Below, piece by piece: positions 48,399 through 59,295 of a stretch of 64,000 nucleotides of DNA. The stretch is taken from assembly GCA_051382335.1 (NCBI GenBank), contig JBBCAX010000150.1, positions 1-64,000 of the forward strand, in the 5' to 3' direction. The notes under the pieces were generated by a model. It worked only from the letters and a program-made list of their open reading frames with translations, did not search any database and had not been told where the DNA came from. Within the stretch, counting starts at the first letter, position 1. The number at the start of each line of letters is the position of its first letter. The translations under genes and the position numbers were made by a program. The stretch is from Deltaproteobacteria bacterium TL4 (GTDB lineage Bacteria > SAR324 > NAC60-12).

Positions 48399-48809
48399 TT
48401 AGTGCGGAGCCTCGCTCACAAAATTCCGATTCCATTCCGGGATCTCCACAACCAAGTCTTTGGTGCCATTTGGAATGCATTGGCACGCTAAGCGGGATTG
48501 TGCTTGTAACCCTGGAGCCATATCCAGCATATCTTCTTCATCATCGGTGGCTTCACTGCAACTTTCGCCTCCCTCTCTTACAATTACATGACAGGTAGAA
48601 CAGGCGCAGACTCCGCCGCAGCTATGATCCAGATCAATCCCATTAGCCGTCGCAATTGATAATAAGGAACCTGGAAGCCCTGTGGTTTTTTCGGAAAGCG
48701 ATGTGGGATCGCATTCAACCGTCACCTTCATCGGCAGAAAAGTTATTTTATAAGAACGTTGAGGCATCTCCATCTTGGGACGCTCAATATAAGGATTGAC
48801 ACCAGACAT
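48399..48809 (-). CDS. fdx: adrenodoxin/ISC-type 2Fe-2S ferredoxin
   Basis: HSCGGVCACSTCHV, EEDMLD and SRLACQ. Confidence 0.92.
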   Translation of the reverse strand: MSGVNPYIERPKMEMPQRSYKITFLPMKVTVECDPTSLSEKTTGLPGSLLSIATANGIDLDHSCGGVCACSTCHVIVREGGESCSEATDDEEDMLDMAPGLQAQSRLACQCIPNGTKDLVVEIPEWNRNFVSEAPH

Positions 48810-48833
48810 GATACTCCTTTGCTCGTTAACTGA

Positions 48834-49640
48834 TTACTTCACTTGATACGTTTCACCTTCTGACGGATACCGGACATTCTTTACATCCTCTGTCCAATGC
48901 TGAACGGCTTCTTTGGCAACTTCAAAAAGATCCGCATATTTTCTAATGAAGGAAGGCAGTTTTCCTATAGTCATGCCAAGCAAGTCATGGATCACAAGAA
49001 TCTGGCCATCAACATATCTTCCAGAGCCAATGCCGATGGTTGGAATAGAAATTGTTTCTGTAATTTCTTTCGCAACGTTTTCAATCACACATTCCAGTAC
49101 CAGACTAAACACTCCTGCCTCCATAAGGAGTTGTGCGTCATCTAGCAGGCGCTTTCTGTCATCATCCGTTTTTCCATCAATCTTATTCCCCCCATAAACA
49201 TTCACCGATTGAGGTTGAAATCCTATATGCCCCATAACAGGGACCCCAATTTCATTTAACCGTGGAATTGCCTCTAAGATCGCCTTGGAGGTACCTTCCA
49301 TCTTAACAGCACCTACGCCACTTTGTTTTATCGTATGAATACATTGGCGCATCGTTTCCTCCACTGAAACACCTACACTACCAAAAGGCATATCGGCGAC
49401 AACCAAGGTGTCCGGAGCATTACGTGCGACAATTCGGGAATGATATATGATTTCATCCAAGGTTACAGGAATCGTGCTGTTATTTCCCTGAACAACATGG
49501 CCCAAAGTATCACCGATTAATATTAAATCAACCTCAGACGCATTGAGTAAGGCGGCTTGAAAAGCATCATAGGCCGTTAAACATATCAACTTTTCCTGGC
49601 CTTTTGCCCGCATGAATTTTGGAATTGATTTCTTTTTCAT
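48834..49640 (-). CDS. panB: 3-methyl-2-oxobutanoate hydroxymethyltransferase
   Basis: LTAYD, IGDTLG, ADMPF, VKMEG, GHIG..PQ, TIGIGSG and DGQILV. Confidence 0.96.
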   Translation of the reverse strand: MKKKSIPKFMRAKGQEKLICLTAYDAFQAALLNASEVDLILIGDTLGHVVQGNNSTIPVTLDEIIYHSRIVARNAPDTLVVADMPFGSVGVSVEETMRQCIHTIKQSGVGAVKMEGTSKAILEAIPRLNEIGVPVMGHIGFQPQSVNVYGGNKIDGKTDDDRKRLLDDAQLLMEAGVFSLVLECVIENVAKEITETISIPTIGIGSGRYVDGQILVIHDLLGMTIGKLPSFIRKYADLFEVAKEAVQHWTEDVKNVRYPSEGETYQVK

Positions 49641-49678
49641 TTTACCTCGTTTGTTTGAACGTTAACGCACTTCGATCC

Positions 49679-51697
49679 TCAGGTTTCATTTTCTTGAGGA
49701 TTACAAGGCCGTGCAAATACTTTGTGCTGCTCCAGATTGACTTGTTCTATGAGCAAATTAATCGTTTCTCCTTCGGAACACTTTGAAAGATATGGAATTT
49801 GTAAAAGATAGGCAATCTCATCAAGTTCAACTTCCGTTTTTGTTTCACGAATATGACGCCTGATGGTGGCATGAAACACTTCGCCTACATGTTGGTTTAA
49901 ATACTTGGTTTTCCAATGAAATAAAATGTTCTGCTCCACCTTGCCGTATATTTTTTGTTGTGTATCTATTTGTTGAGCCCAGTTCATTAACGGCTCCTCA
50001 TTAAACAAAGGCTCTTTTTTATCTAAGTATCGATGTAATTGATGCTGAATGATCAAATCCAATAATCTACGAATCGGGGAGGTTGCCTGGATGTAAAAGT
50101 CACAGCCTAAACCCGCATGGGGTTCAGACACGGTGGAAAGTCTTGCGGCATCAATGCGAATGTGCCTCATGGTGAGTTCTTCATCGTCTTTAGGTTCTTG
50201 AACAATCTGATAAGGCGGCTGAGTTCGGTAGATGGCCGGAAATTGGTGTTGATGGAACAAACGTCCGACCTCTTGATTAACCAGAATGGCTAACTCCTGG
50301 ATGATCATGTTTGAGGGCGTGTTCCGATCAACGGAAGTAATTTGAATGTTCTTTTCATCAGAAATATCAACTTCTATTTCCTGGCGATTAATGTCGAGTG
50401 CCCCCTGAGCAATGCGGTTTTGTTTTAAAATAAGGCAATATTCATAGAGAATTTTCCAGAATTGTTCCCCAGCTTGTATTCGTTGGTCGGCTTCAGTGTA
50501 GCTGAGGTTTTCTTCAACCCTGATTTTTCCTCGTTCAATTCCGATTAACTTATATTCTCCACTTTGGAAAAGGTTTAAGTTAAAACTGATAACGGATCGG
50601 ATTTTTCCCGCTTTAAGTGAAAATAACTCATCGGCAAGAGAGGGGGGAAACATGGGAAAAACTCGTTTTAACGTATAAACCGAGGAAACTCGTTTTTCTG
50701 CCTCTTCAAAAAGAGAACTGTTGGGCGCAATAAATGAAGCAACATCCGCAATCTGAACCGCAAGTTGAATGCTGCTGTTATTCCACCCAAGGATGCTGAT
50801 AGCATCATCATAATCTTTCGTTTTTTCAGAATCGATAGTAACGGTCAGGGTCTTGAGCCAATCCCGCTGATTCTCCGGAAAATTCGATTTTGTCAGGGAT
50901 GCTGCTTCATTTTCAAGAGAAGATTTGAATTCCTCCCGAACATTCGCCCTTAAAAGCATCAAACGACACCAGGATATCGGTTTTCCTACTTGGAATAACC
51001 ATTTCCTTAATTTACACTCATCATGATCAGTGAGTTCATTGCCCAGATTTAAGAGGGGGGCCTGTTCTTTCCAATAGTTTGAGTTTTTTCCATGAACCAA
51101 GAGGGATTGAAGCTGTTGTAACCATTGAGCTTGATTTTCATCAATGGGGGTTTCTTTTTTCCAAACCTGAGCTTCAATAGCGTTGACCCATCCACTCACA
51201 CTTTCAGACCACAGCTCCTGCTTCTTCTTTTTCTCATTTTGATGTTCAAGCTGTGCCAACTCTTCTGGTGTTCGTGGAACATATTCATTATTTTTGGTCC
51301 GTTTAAACCAGCGGGAATCGTGATAAAGCGAGAACCATAAGCTCAAACGCTGAACTGAATTTTCAGGGGAATCTAAAAAATCTGCTGCCAGAGTTTCCAA
51401 CGTATACGTTTGCCCAGGCTCCGATAAGGCATGAATGGTTTCTATATCAATACTTGCAACTTGATGCTGCACGGATTCTATAATAACTTTCAATTGTTCC
51501 AGTGCTGCGTTCTCTACGTTAAGCAACTTATTGTTTTTCCAGAACATAATGATATGGTTTGGAGCAAAAAACAACTCCTTTCCCTGAAGGGGAACGATAA
51601 TCAACTTGGATTTTTGGATGTCCCGAACCCATCCAAATGTTGGATTCCCATCTTTAAAGTAAAGACAGTAGTGGTGTAGTACAGACGTTAATTCCAT
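49679..51697 (-). CDS. RNase II/RNase R-family exoribonuclease (RNB domain)
   Basis: TIDSEKTKDYDDAIS, IADV, HAGLG and TSPIRR..DL. Confidence 0.92.
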   Translation of the reverse strand: MELTSVLHHYCLYFKDGNPTFGWVRDIQKSKLIIVPLQGKELFFAPNHIIMFWKNNKLLNVENAALEQLKVIIESVQHQVASIDIETIHALSEPGQTYTLETLAADFLDSPENSVQRLSLWFSLYHDSRWFKRTKNNEYVPRTPEELAQLEHQNEKKKKQELWSESVSGWVNAIEAQVWKKETPIDENQAQWLQQLQSLLVHGKNSNYWKEQAPLLNLGNELTDHDECKLRKWLFQVGKPISWCRLMLLRANVREEFKSSLENEAASLTKSNFPENQRDWLKTLTVTIDSEKTKDYDDAISILGWNNSSIQLAVQIADVASFIAPNSSLFEEAEKRVSSVYTLKRVFPMFPPSLADELFSLKAGKIRSVISFNLNLFQSGEYKLIGIERGKIRVEENLSYTEADQRIQAGEQFWKILYEYCLILKQNRIAQGALDINRQEIEVDISDEKNIQITSVDRNTPSNMIIQELAILVNQEVGRLFHQHQFPAIYRTQPPYQIVQEPKDDEELTMRHIRIDAARLSTVSEPHAGLGCDFYIQATSPIRRLLDLIIQHQLHRYLDKKEPLFNEEPLMNWAQQIDTQQKIYGKVEQNILFHWKTKYLNQHVGEVFHATIRRHIRETKTEVELDEIAYLLQIPYLSKCSEGETINLLIEQVNLEQHKVFARPCNPQENET

Positions 51698-51788
51698 AAG
51701 ACTTTAGCGAAGAGTTCAAAAATGGGATATTATCCCGTAGGAGGAAGGGAATCGCAAGCTCTGTCTTGATAAACTTGCGGTCGGATCC

Positions 51789-52748
51789 TTATAGTTTCCA
51801 GGTGACTACGGCTCGAATGACCAAACCACCAAAACTAATATTATCGGAGGCTCCAGGAGTATACTCTTTGCCCTCTAAATCTTTCCATCCAATAAATACA
51901 TTTTCCTTTCCTTCAATCACAGTTCCCTCTGAAACCAAAAGAATCGCAAAACGAAAACCGAAGGTCTCCCCATTTAAATCAATAGCGAGTCTTCTCACAG
52001 GAATCATGTCCGAGGCAAAGCGCTGTTGTTTGGTTTTTCTTTGCCAAGCATTTCGACTTTGTCCTCGAAAACCACCTTCATAAACGCCTTGTATTTTGGT
52101 AAAGCCTGCTCCGAAATTGATGTCAATCCCCTCTTCTCCCGGAAAACCCATCGGATGAATACTCACCGTGAACATATCGTAATAAGTCTTCATTTTAATT
52201 AAAGGCCGTGAGCCACGACTCACAATATCACGGGATAAACGTCCTACAAGTGAGTCTAAGGCAAAAAAGGCAGTATGATAATACATGAATGAAAAGGCAT
52301 TGACTAACGGAACATCATAAGGCACCACTCTTTCAAGCGAAAATGAAGGTAACGTATCAACCACTTGTTGTTCAAGGGTCTCATTTGTTTGACATTCAAC
52401 GACTGCGGGTTCAACGGTTTCATCGGTTTGACATAAAGCCTGTTCTCCTTGTCGCATGACGGTCATGGGCGTAGAGGGTTCGTCAAAAGCAGCGGAGTTG
52501 GTCATTTGTTTGTAAGGATGTGGGCTATTGAACCGGGGAGAAGACATATCAAAAAAACCCAATTTCCAGTAGGCTTCACCTTCTTTATACGCCGTGTCCT
52601 TACCTTCAACAACTTCCTCCTGTTGTGCCGCAAGATCTTCAAACGTTGCATCTTGCGCATGAAGGGTGAAAAAAAAGCCGAAACACGCGATCATGAAGCT
52701 TATGAGAAGCATCATCTGAAACCACTTACGCTTTAAGAGCATCATCAT
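51789..52748 (-). CDS. hypothetical exported protein, possible outer-membrane beta-rich protein
   Basis: signal peptide (LHA-Q); amphipathic beta-like C-half ending RAVVTWKL. Confidence 0.65.
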   Translation of the reverse strand: MMMLLKRKWFQMMLLISFMIACFGFFFTLHAQDATFEDLAAQQEEVVEGKDTAYKEGEAYWKLGFFDMSSPRFNSPHPYKQMTNSAAFDEPSTPMTVMRQGEQALCQTDETVEPAVVECQTNETLEQQVVDTLPSFSLERVVPYDVPLVNAFSFMYYHTAFFALDSLVGRLSRDIVSRGSRPLIKMKTYYDMFTVSIHPMGFPGEEGIDINFGAGFTKIQGVYEGGFRGQSRNAWQRKTKQQRFASDMIPVRRLAIDLNGETFGFRFAILLVSEGTVIEGKENVFIGWKDLEGKEYTPGASDNISFGGLVIRAVVTWKL

Positions 52749-52880
52749 AAATTTAAGACCCTTAATAGATTATTGCCGAGTGAATCTCGTCCTTAAAGTC
52801 ATGCATATATTATGCTTGATGGTATAATTTACTGTCGTTCTACAGCGGATGGACCGTCAGAAAGAAGCACGCAAAATTCG

Positions 52881-53381
52881 CTACGCAGAGGGTTTTTCCG
52901 GAGGTTGGGATGAATTTCTGTGCTTTTCAATCAGACGTATTGCCGGAGTTGCGTCATCTCTTGATACTAAGACCTTCACCGTAAGTGCGCCCATCGGATG
53001 AATCAGAATGGTTGCGTTTTGTCGGTTCAGTATTTGTGTTAAAATTCCATGATTTTCGAGCATTGCGGCAACAAGATCTGCTTCCACAATGAAATGAGAC
53101 TCGAAAATAGAAACCCACGGTTCATCAGACTTATCCTGATTTTTCTTCTCTTCCCTCTGCTTCCGTCTACGAATCTCATCAAGATAAACTACCTTATTTC
53201 CCCCTTGAGCTACAGAATCCTTTCCTTTCTCAGAGTGACGTGTTTGTTTATGGGCTTCCCAATAATAGAGCAAAGCCCCGATTCCCAGCACTACCATGTA
53301 AACAGGAAATGTGTCTGCAGGATGCATCCACCAAATCAAAAGGGTTGAACTGCTTATCAATATCAAAAACGAAATCAGCAT
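52881..53381 (-). CDS. membrane protein with DUF2007-like C-terminal domain
   Basis: 2 TM, then EADLVAAMLENHGI...VKVLVSRDD...AIRLI. Confidence 0.72.
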   Translation of the reverse strand: MLISFLILISSSTLLIWWMHPADTFPVYMVVLGIGALLYYWEAHKQTRHSEKGKDSVAQGGNKVVYLDEIRRRKQREEKKNQDKSDEPWVSIFESHFIVEADLVAAMLENHGILTQILNRQNATILIHPMGALTVKVLVSRDDATPAIRLIEKHRNSSQPPEKPSA

Positions 53382-53534
53382 GGCATTCTTTTTTCAGAAA
53401 GTCGATGAATCAAAGTGATACTCCATTTATTGAGGGGCACTTTGTCTTTACCAAATAATACAATTAAAAACCAGAATAAATCCCTAACGATTGATTTTTT
53501 TGAAATTATATTTTTTATTCATAGAAAGTAATTA

Positions 53535-53563
53535 TTGCGATTCCCAATTACTTCCCGTATAAT
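53535..53563 (+). promoter_or_regulatory. sigma70 promoter of ssrA
   Basis: TTGCGA-N17-TATAAT about 40 nt upstream of the tmRNA. Confidence 0.7.
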
Positions 53564-53604
53564 GCGTATATATCTTTGATAACTCCTCAGTTTTCTTAAC
53601 TTCA

Positions 53605-53981
<377 letters not shown>

Positions 53982-54019
53982 AATATCAATAGCTTACGGT
54001 GATTGGTCAACTTTTAGGG

Positions 54020-54049
54020 AAAGTCAGCTCGCAATAGCTGGCTTTTTTT
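54020..54049 (+). terminator. intrinsic terminator after ssrA
   Basis: AAAGTCAGCT-cgcaat-AGCTGGCTTTTTTT. Confidence 0.7.
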
Positions 54050-54166
54050 GATGGTTCTCAATTATTTGCCACATCCACTCTCCATTAAGATTACAAAACC
54101 AATTGTGATGGAGAAGCTCCGCTTTTCTTAAGTGATGGCTGGAGCAGCTATGAAAAAATCCTCAAT

Positions 54167-56164
54167 TTACTTTACTTGAAAGGGCTGTGTCATTCCCTGG
54201 TACAGTTTTTCTTTGGTGAGTGTTTTGATGAATCCCTGGTGCACAATGCGGTATTCGCCTTTTGCGGTATTTGAGGGGATATGCCACTCGATCTTAACTA
54301 AAGTCCCGGAAACGTCTTTGAGCCATTGGATGGTGGTATCCCAATCATTGTCCGTGGCAATCATTTTCCAACCTCGCTCGGTTTTTACCTCCACTTTCAA
54401 ATAAGTGGATTGGGTCATTAGATGATGTTTGGGATGCACACTTTTGAAAACAGAGGCTACGGTTTCGCCAGTGACATAGGAAGCGTTAGGCTGTTGTACC
54501 ACTGCTCCCAGTGAATTAGCCAATGAGCCGATATCCATAAAGACATCAGGGAGTTGAAACCATGGTTTTACGGCTTCAGGACGTTCTTCGGACTCAACTA
54601 CCTTGTGACTGGCCATCGCCTGCGCGAGCCCACTATAAATTTGCTGATAGGCGGCCGAGGTATAGGGTCCAAAATGGGTCGAGGCGCCCTCATACCGTTG
54701 CAATTGATATTCTTCAGTGGTCGTAATATAACCACTATACATATTGGCTAACCCGGTAATCACAGCGTGTGACACGCCTTGAGACTGGAGAACGTTCAAA
54801 ACCTCGGCCTTTAAACGTCTTCCACATGTCGTTGTCATTTCTCCAGGCACGGCAATCAAAGTGAGTTGTCCTATTTTCAATAGCTGAAAAGGCAAGGTTT
54901 GAGGAGTCCACGGTGTTGCCGAAATTTTTCCGGTTGGCAGCAATACGGGTTTCGGATAATGCATGGGATCCTGAGCCAGCTTTGAAATTCCCAGGACTGA
55001 GAGTTGAAGCATCTTTGCCGCGACGGAGTTCCGACTGAGCAGGATGCTGAGGGTATTCCAGCGTGCTTCTCTCCGGGTTCCTTCTTCCATACCGGGAACA
55101 TTGCTAGGGCCATCGATTCCTGATCCGGCCGCAAATGAGATGCCTTTCGCTCCATACCCCAAGACTTGTTCTGATTCTTTCGTAAACTCATGTCTGACCC
55201 TGTAGCCCGGCATTTTAACCCACTGATGACAAAAATCGATCTCTCCTGTGATCAGTTCTGTGGCTGAAGCATATAATTCCTTCGCCTTTTGGTATTGTCT
55301 TATGCCAGAATTTTGGGTTCGTTTGAACGAATCATCTTCTTTACTTTGAAGGCCGTCAACATTGGGAGAAACATCGCCCTGCTCGCTGTTGGCAAAAGCC
55401 GCGACAAAAGTTTCTGCCGCTTGATAATCGGTCCCTTTGTCCCGTTCAAAAAGATATTCAGCATGCCCTTTATTGTCACTGGAGATATATCTTAAATATT
55501 TATTCATGGAGGTTGAGTGTACAGCAAACCAATCAATCATCCCAATTTCATCACCAGTGGCTTTGACAAATTTCAAAATCGTCATTTCCTTGTTGGTGTC
55601 ATGGGGATAATCAACATGCTCGGCATTTTCCTGATAAGCCTCTTTGGAACGATTGATACTGGTGTTTAGAAGCTCTCCCCGGTTGATGTAAATTTTCCCC
55701 CAATCCAAATTCCCATGAGCTTTAATAATCGCCTGAGTGATGCCGTTAACAATGATTTCAAAATTTTTATACGAGAATCCGAAAATGGTAAAATTGTACA
55801 ACAGATAAGAAGAATAGCCCCCAGGGCCACTGTGAGTATGTGTGGCGCCCAACAGGGTATTTTCTTCATGATACAGATCTCCGTAAATAGCCTGGAGCCG
55901 TTCAACAACCGTAACTTTGACCAGGTGAGTGATGGCCCACAAGTCGGTATTGACAAAAACAACCCGCTTATTGGAATCGGGATGGACCACGATAAAGGCT
56001 CGTGCCCATAAGCGTGTATGCAGACCCTTTGCCAGTTGCTCGGGCATGGCATATCCCATCATCCCGACTCCTTTCACGGGACCTGTGATATCGTGGATTC
56101 CTGAGCCTATAAGATATTCACAAGCTGTTGCCTCAACTGTCTTTTGAATGCTTGCTTTCTTCAC
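54167..56164 (-). CDS. neutral/alkaline ceramidase
   Basis: G..DITGP..VGMMGY, GLHTRLWARAF, ATHTHSGPGG, WFAVHSTSM, GDVSPN, VPGEMTT..GRR and YEGASTHFGP. Confidence 0.93.
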   Translation of the reverse strand: MKKASIQKTVEATACEYLIGSGIHDITGPVKGVGMMGYAMPEQLAKGLHTRLWARAFIVVHPDSNKRVVFVNTDLWAITHLVKVTVVERLQAIYGDLYHEENTLLGATHTHSGPGGYSSYLLYNFTIFGFSYKNFEIIVNGITQAIIKAHGNLDWGKIYINRGELLNTSINRSKEAYQENAEHVDYPHDTNKEMTILKFVKATGDEIGMIDWFAVHSTSMNKYLRYISSDNKGHAEYLFERDKGTDYQAAETFVAAFANSEQGDVSPNVDGLQSKEDDSFKRTQNSGIRQYQKAKELYASATELITGEIDFCHQWVKMPGYRVRHEFTKESEQVLGYGAKGISFAAGSGIDGPSNVPGMEEGTRREARWNTLSILLSRNSVAAKMLQLSVLGISKLAQDPMHYPKPVLLPTGKISATPWTPQTLPFQLLKIGQLTLIAVPGEMTTTCGRRLKAEVLNVLQSQGVSHAVITGLANMYSGYITTTEEYQLQRYEGASTHFGPYTSAAYQQIYSGLAQAMASHKVVESEERPEAVKPWFQLPDVFMDIGSLANSLGAVVQQPNASYVTGETVASVFKSVHPKHHLMTQSTYLKVEVKTERGWKMIATDNDWDTTIQWLKDVSGTLVKIEWHIPSNTAKGEYRIVHQGFIKTLTKEKLYQGMTQPFQVK

Positions 56165-56273
56165 TTTAACCTCCTTGTGATGGTTTTTCTCAATTTATGC
56201 AGGACAAATTAAGCGATAAGGAACGAATGGCTCAGGGCCCCTACATTTCCAGAGAAACCGATGGCTTGATTAT

Positions 56274-57995
56274 CTATAAATTTTTAAAGAGTTCCAAGCG
56301 TTCTTGATAATAATTGGGGCCAGGAACAGAAGTGGTGCCATTATCTTGTTGAGCGAGCTGAAAGGCTCGCTGAGAAGCCTCAAGTGCCTGGTCATATTCC
56401 TTGGCCAAACGATATCCCTCCGCAAGCGTATCCCATATATATGCCGCTTGGACTTGTTCCAAGGCTTGCAAAGCAAGTTGAATACTTTCTTGAATTCGTT
56501 GCGGTTCCTCAGCGTAATGCTGCGTTAACAGCCATGCCAGGTTGTTTAAAGCATGCACATCATTGGGCTGTATCGACAGGATCTGACGATAGAGGGCTTC
56601 CGCTTCTTCAAGCTCCTTTTCAAAAAAAAAGGTATCGGCTAAACTTCCTAAAAATCCAAAATCTTCGGAGGTCCATGCGCCTTCATGATTTTGCCATTTG
56701 TATTTCCATAAGGTCATTTGCAGATCGTTGGAAGCGGCAAAAATATTCAGGACAATCAGCGGGACTAACAGCCCGACACATAGTCCTTTCAGTTTCCGTA
56801 CGTAGCGATGGTGCTGTTTAAGGAGGTGAGGGGATTGTTCACAATGAGTCAGAAACCGCAATCGTTGTTGAATCCCATAATGGTGCCAATTATGTTCCTC
56901 AATATTAATGCCATTCACCCAGGCTACTTTTAAGATGGCTTGTGTAAAGGGTTCCAGACCTACGCGGATCAAGGAATTGCAGTCCGCTTGTCTTTCAAAA
57001 TTCCGACTGAGAAAGCCAAATCCCAACCGAATGAATAATAATAAGGCCCCGATCCCCATGAAAGTCATCACCCAAACAGGGATAGCCCATTCAAAGAGCA
57101 ATTCCAGACTGCTCAAACCAATGGTGCCCAAAAGGAGCAGTTGAACAAAGCAAAGATAGCCCAGAATAAAATAGATGAGATGGCGTTGAATCACATGGCC
57201 GGCTTCATGGGCAATTACCGCTCTTAATTCATTTTGATTGAGTAAATACACAAGTCTGGGACTGATCAACAAATAACGGCATCCGGGGAAAATGCCAATA
57301 ATACCCGCTGTGATGCTTGGAATAATGTGCTCCGGCCATGCGATGACCTTCGTCATGAAGATGCGGTTTGCTGCCAACTCGTCTTGAATGATCTCAACTT
57401 TGTCCTCTGCTAAAAGAGCTTTTGCCCCCCAACTCCAAATCATCATGAAGGGTGCTGCGACGCCAACCAGCAACAACCCGGAAATCAACTCAGTCACATA
57501 CCAGATCCAACTGGTGGAGGTCGGCATGATCCACTCTAACACCACCAACCATCCTATTTGTACCAGGCTCAAAATTAATAAAGGAAGTTGTAATCTCAGG
57601 TGATTGAAGCTTCGTGTCATTTTTTCAAAAAGGCCTTTAAGAGACCCCTGTTTTATGGGAGACATACAAAGGGCGTCAAGGAACCAATACTCTGCAAGCA
57701 ATAACACAAAGGTAATTTGGGTGCCGTTAGTATAGGGATTGAGCTGTTGGACCAGTGTTTGGTCAATCAAGCCAAGGTAAGTGACGCCAAACCAAAAGAA
57801 ATACATAAGGAATCGTTGAACGTGGGGTTGTTTGGAAGAACGTGGCCATTGTGCCAAGATCAAACTCACCAGCAACAATCCGCAAAACGCGAGCCCTGGA
57901 GTGGTTTCCAGGTTCCATCCCTGACGTGCTGGCTGTTCCAACAAAACAGATAAACTGATGAAGGCAATAATCAGGGGTAAGAAGAGTGTAAACAT
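56274..57995 (-). CDS. M48/HtpX-like membrane zinc metalloprotease with C-terminal TPRs
   Basis: multi-TM, AVIAHEAGH, SRNFERQAD and ALNNLAWLL. Confidence 0.87.
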   Translation of the reverse strand: MFTLFLPLIIAFISLSVLLEQPARQGWNLETTPGLAFCGLLLVSLILAQWPRSSKQPHVQRFLMYFFWFGVTYLGLIDQTLVQQLNPYTNGTQITFVLLLAEYWFLDALCMSPIKQGSLKGLFEKMTRSFNHLRLQLPLLILSLVQIGWLVVLEWIMPTSTSWIWYVTELISGLLLVGVAAPFMMIWSWGAKALLAEDKVEIIQDELAANRIFMTKVIAWPEHIIPSITAGIIGIFPGCRYLLISPRLVYLLNQNELRAVIAHEAGHVIQRHLIYFILGYLCFVQLLLLGTIGLSSLELLFEWAIPVWVMTFMGIGALLLFIRLGFGFLSRNFERQADCNSLIRVGLEPFTQAILKVAWVNGINIEEHNWHHYGIQQRLRFLTHCEQSPHLLKQHHRYVRKLKGLCVGLLVPLIVLNIFAASNDLQMTLWKYKWQNHEGAWTSEDFGFLGSLADTFFFEKELEEAEALYRQILSIQPNDVHALNNLAWLLTQHYAEEPQRIQESIQLALQALEQVQAAYIWDTLAEGYRLAKEYDQALEASQRAFQLAQQDNGTTSVPGPNYYQERLELFKNL

Positions 57996-58126
57996 AAAAA
58001 TTCATCACGGTCAGGGCTATTTCATAAAATTTTATTTCTTTTGACTTGGCACTTTAAGCGGTTCGTCAATAGTATCATGCCCTTCAACTGACGATTCTCC
58101 TTTAAGTCCTTTAACCTAAGAGAAAT

Positions 58127-59290
58127 ATGGAATATTCGAGTAATGTACACCTTATTGAGCCTAATGATAAGAAAATATTTCTTGTTGGTACCGCTCACAT
58201 CTCGCAACAAAGTGTTGATGAAGTCATCCAGGTCATTGAAGCCGAGAAACCTGATACCGTTTGTGTGGAATTGTGCGCTTCTCGTTACGAATCGTTGATC
58301 AACGGGGATCGCTGGAAAGACATGGACATCTTCAAAGTCGTCAAAGAAAAGAAAACTTTTCTACTGCTGACTAATTTAATCATGGCTTCATTTCAAAAAA
58401 AATTGGGAGATCAACTTGGGGTCAAACCTGGCGCGGAAATGTTAGAGGCTATCAATACTGCCAAAAAAGTAAATGCTGAAGTTGAATTAGTTGACCGCGA
58501 TGTTAGAATCACTTTGCAACGAACCTGGAGAAAACTCTCCTTTATGAATAAAGTAAACGCCTTGTCTCAACTCGTCGGAGGTTTATTCTTTCAGGAAAAG
58601 ATTGACGAAGCAGAAATTGAAAAAATGAAGGAGGTTGACATTTTATCTGACGCCATGGAACAACTTTCCCATCAGGCCCCCTCTATTAAAAAAACATTGA
58701 TCGACGAACGAGATGAATATATGGCGGAAAATATTCGTAATGCGCCTGGGAAAATCATTGTCGCTGTCGTGGGAGCCGGTCATATCGCTGGTATAAAAAA
58801 AAAATTCAACCAAGCTCATGATTTAGAACTGCTTAAAGCAATTCCGTCTCCTGGGAAATTAGGCACTTTTTTTAAATGGGGGATTCCCAGTTTGATTATT
58901 GGATTAATCATTTATGGTTTTGTTAAGGTTGACGCGGACGTCAGTCTGGAAATGATTTGGCGGTGGTTCTGGATTAATGGCTCGCTTTCTGGTTTGGGGG
59001 CAGCCTTAGCGTTTGCTCACCCGCTTACGATCCTCACTGCCTTTGTCGCTGCGCCTTTTACCTCCCTCAATCCGGCTATTGCCGCAGGATGGGTCGCGGG
59101 GTTGGTCGAGCTCTTTATTCGTAAACCTCAAGTTCGTGATTTTGAAAGTTTAGGAGAAGACATCAGTCATTTTAAAGGGTTTTGGCAGAACAAAATCACA
59201 CGGATTCTGCTAGTGGTCATTTTTGCAAACCTGGGAAGCGCCATTGGAACCTTTGTGGGAGGCATTGCGATCGCCTCGCTATTGCGTTAA
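58127..59290 (+). CDS. TraB/PrgY/GumN-family protein
   Basis: LVGTAHIS, VCVELC, PGAEM, LVDRD, DERD.YMA, VVGAGH and C-terminal TMs. Confidence 0.93.
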   Translation: MEYSSNVHLIEPNDKKIFLVGTAHISQQSVDEVIQVIEAEKPDTVCVELCASRYESLINGDRWKDMDIFKVVKEKKTFLLLTNLIMASFQKKLGDQLGVKPGAEMLEAINTAKKVNAEVELVDRDVRITLQRTWRKLSFMNKVNALSQLVGGLFFQEKIDEAEIEKMKEVDILSDAMEQLSHQAPSIKKTLIDERDEYMAENIRNAPGKIIVAVVGAGHIAGIKKKFNQAHDLELLKAIPSPGKLGTFFKWGIPSLIIGLIIYGFVKVDADVSLEMIWRWFWINGSLSGLGAALAFAHPLTILTAFVAAPFTSLNPAIAAGWVAGLVELFIRKPQVRDFESLGEDISHFKGFWQNKITRILLVVIFANLGSAIGTFVGGIAIASLLR

Positions 59291-59295
59291 GGACG

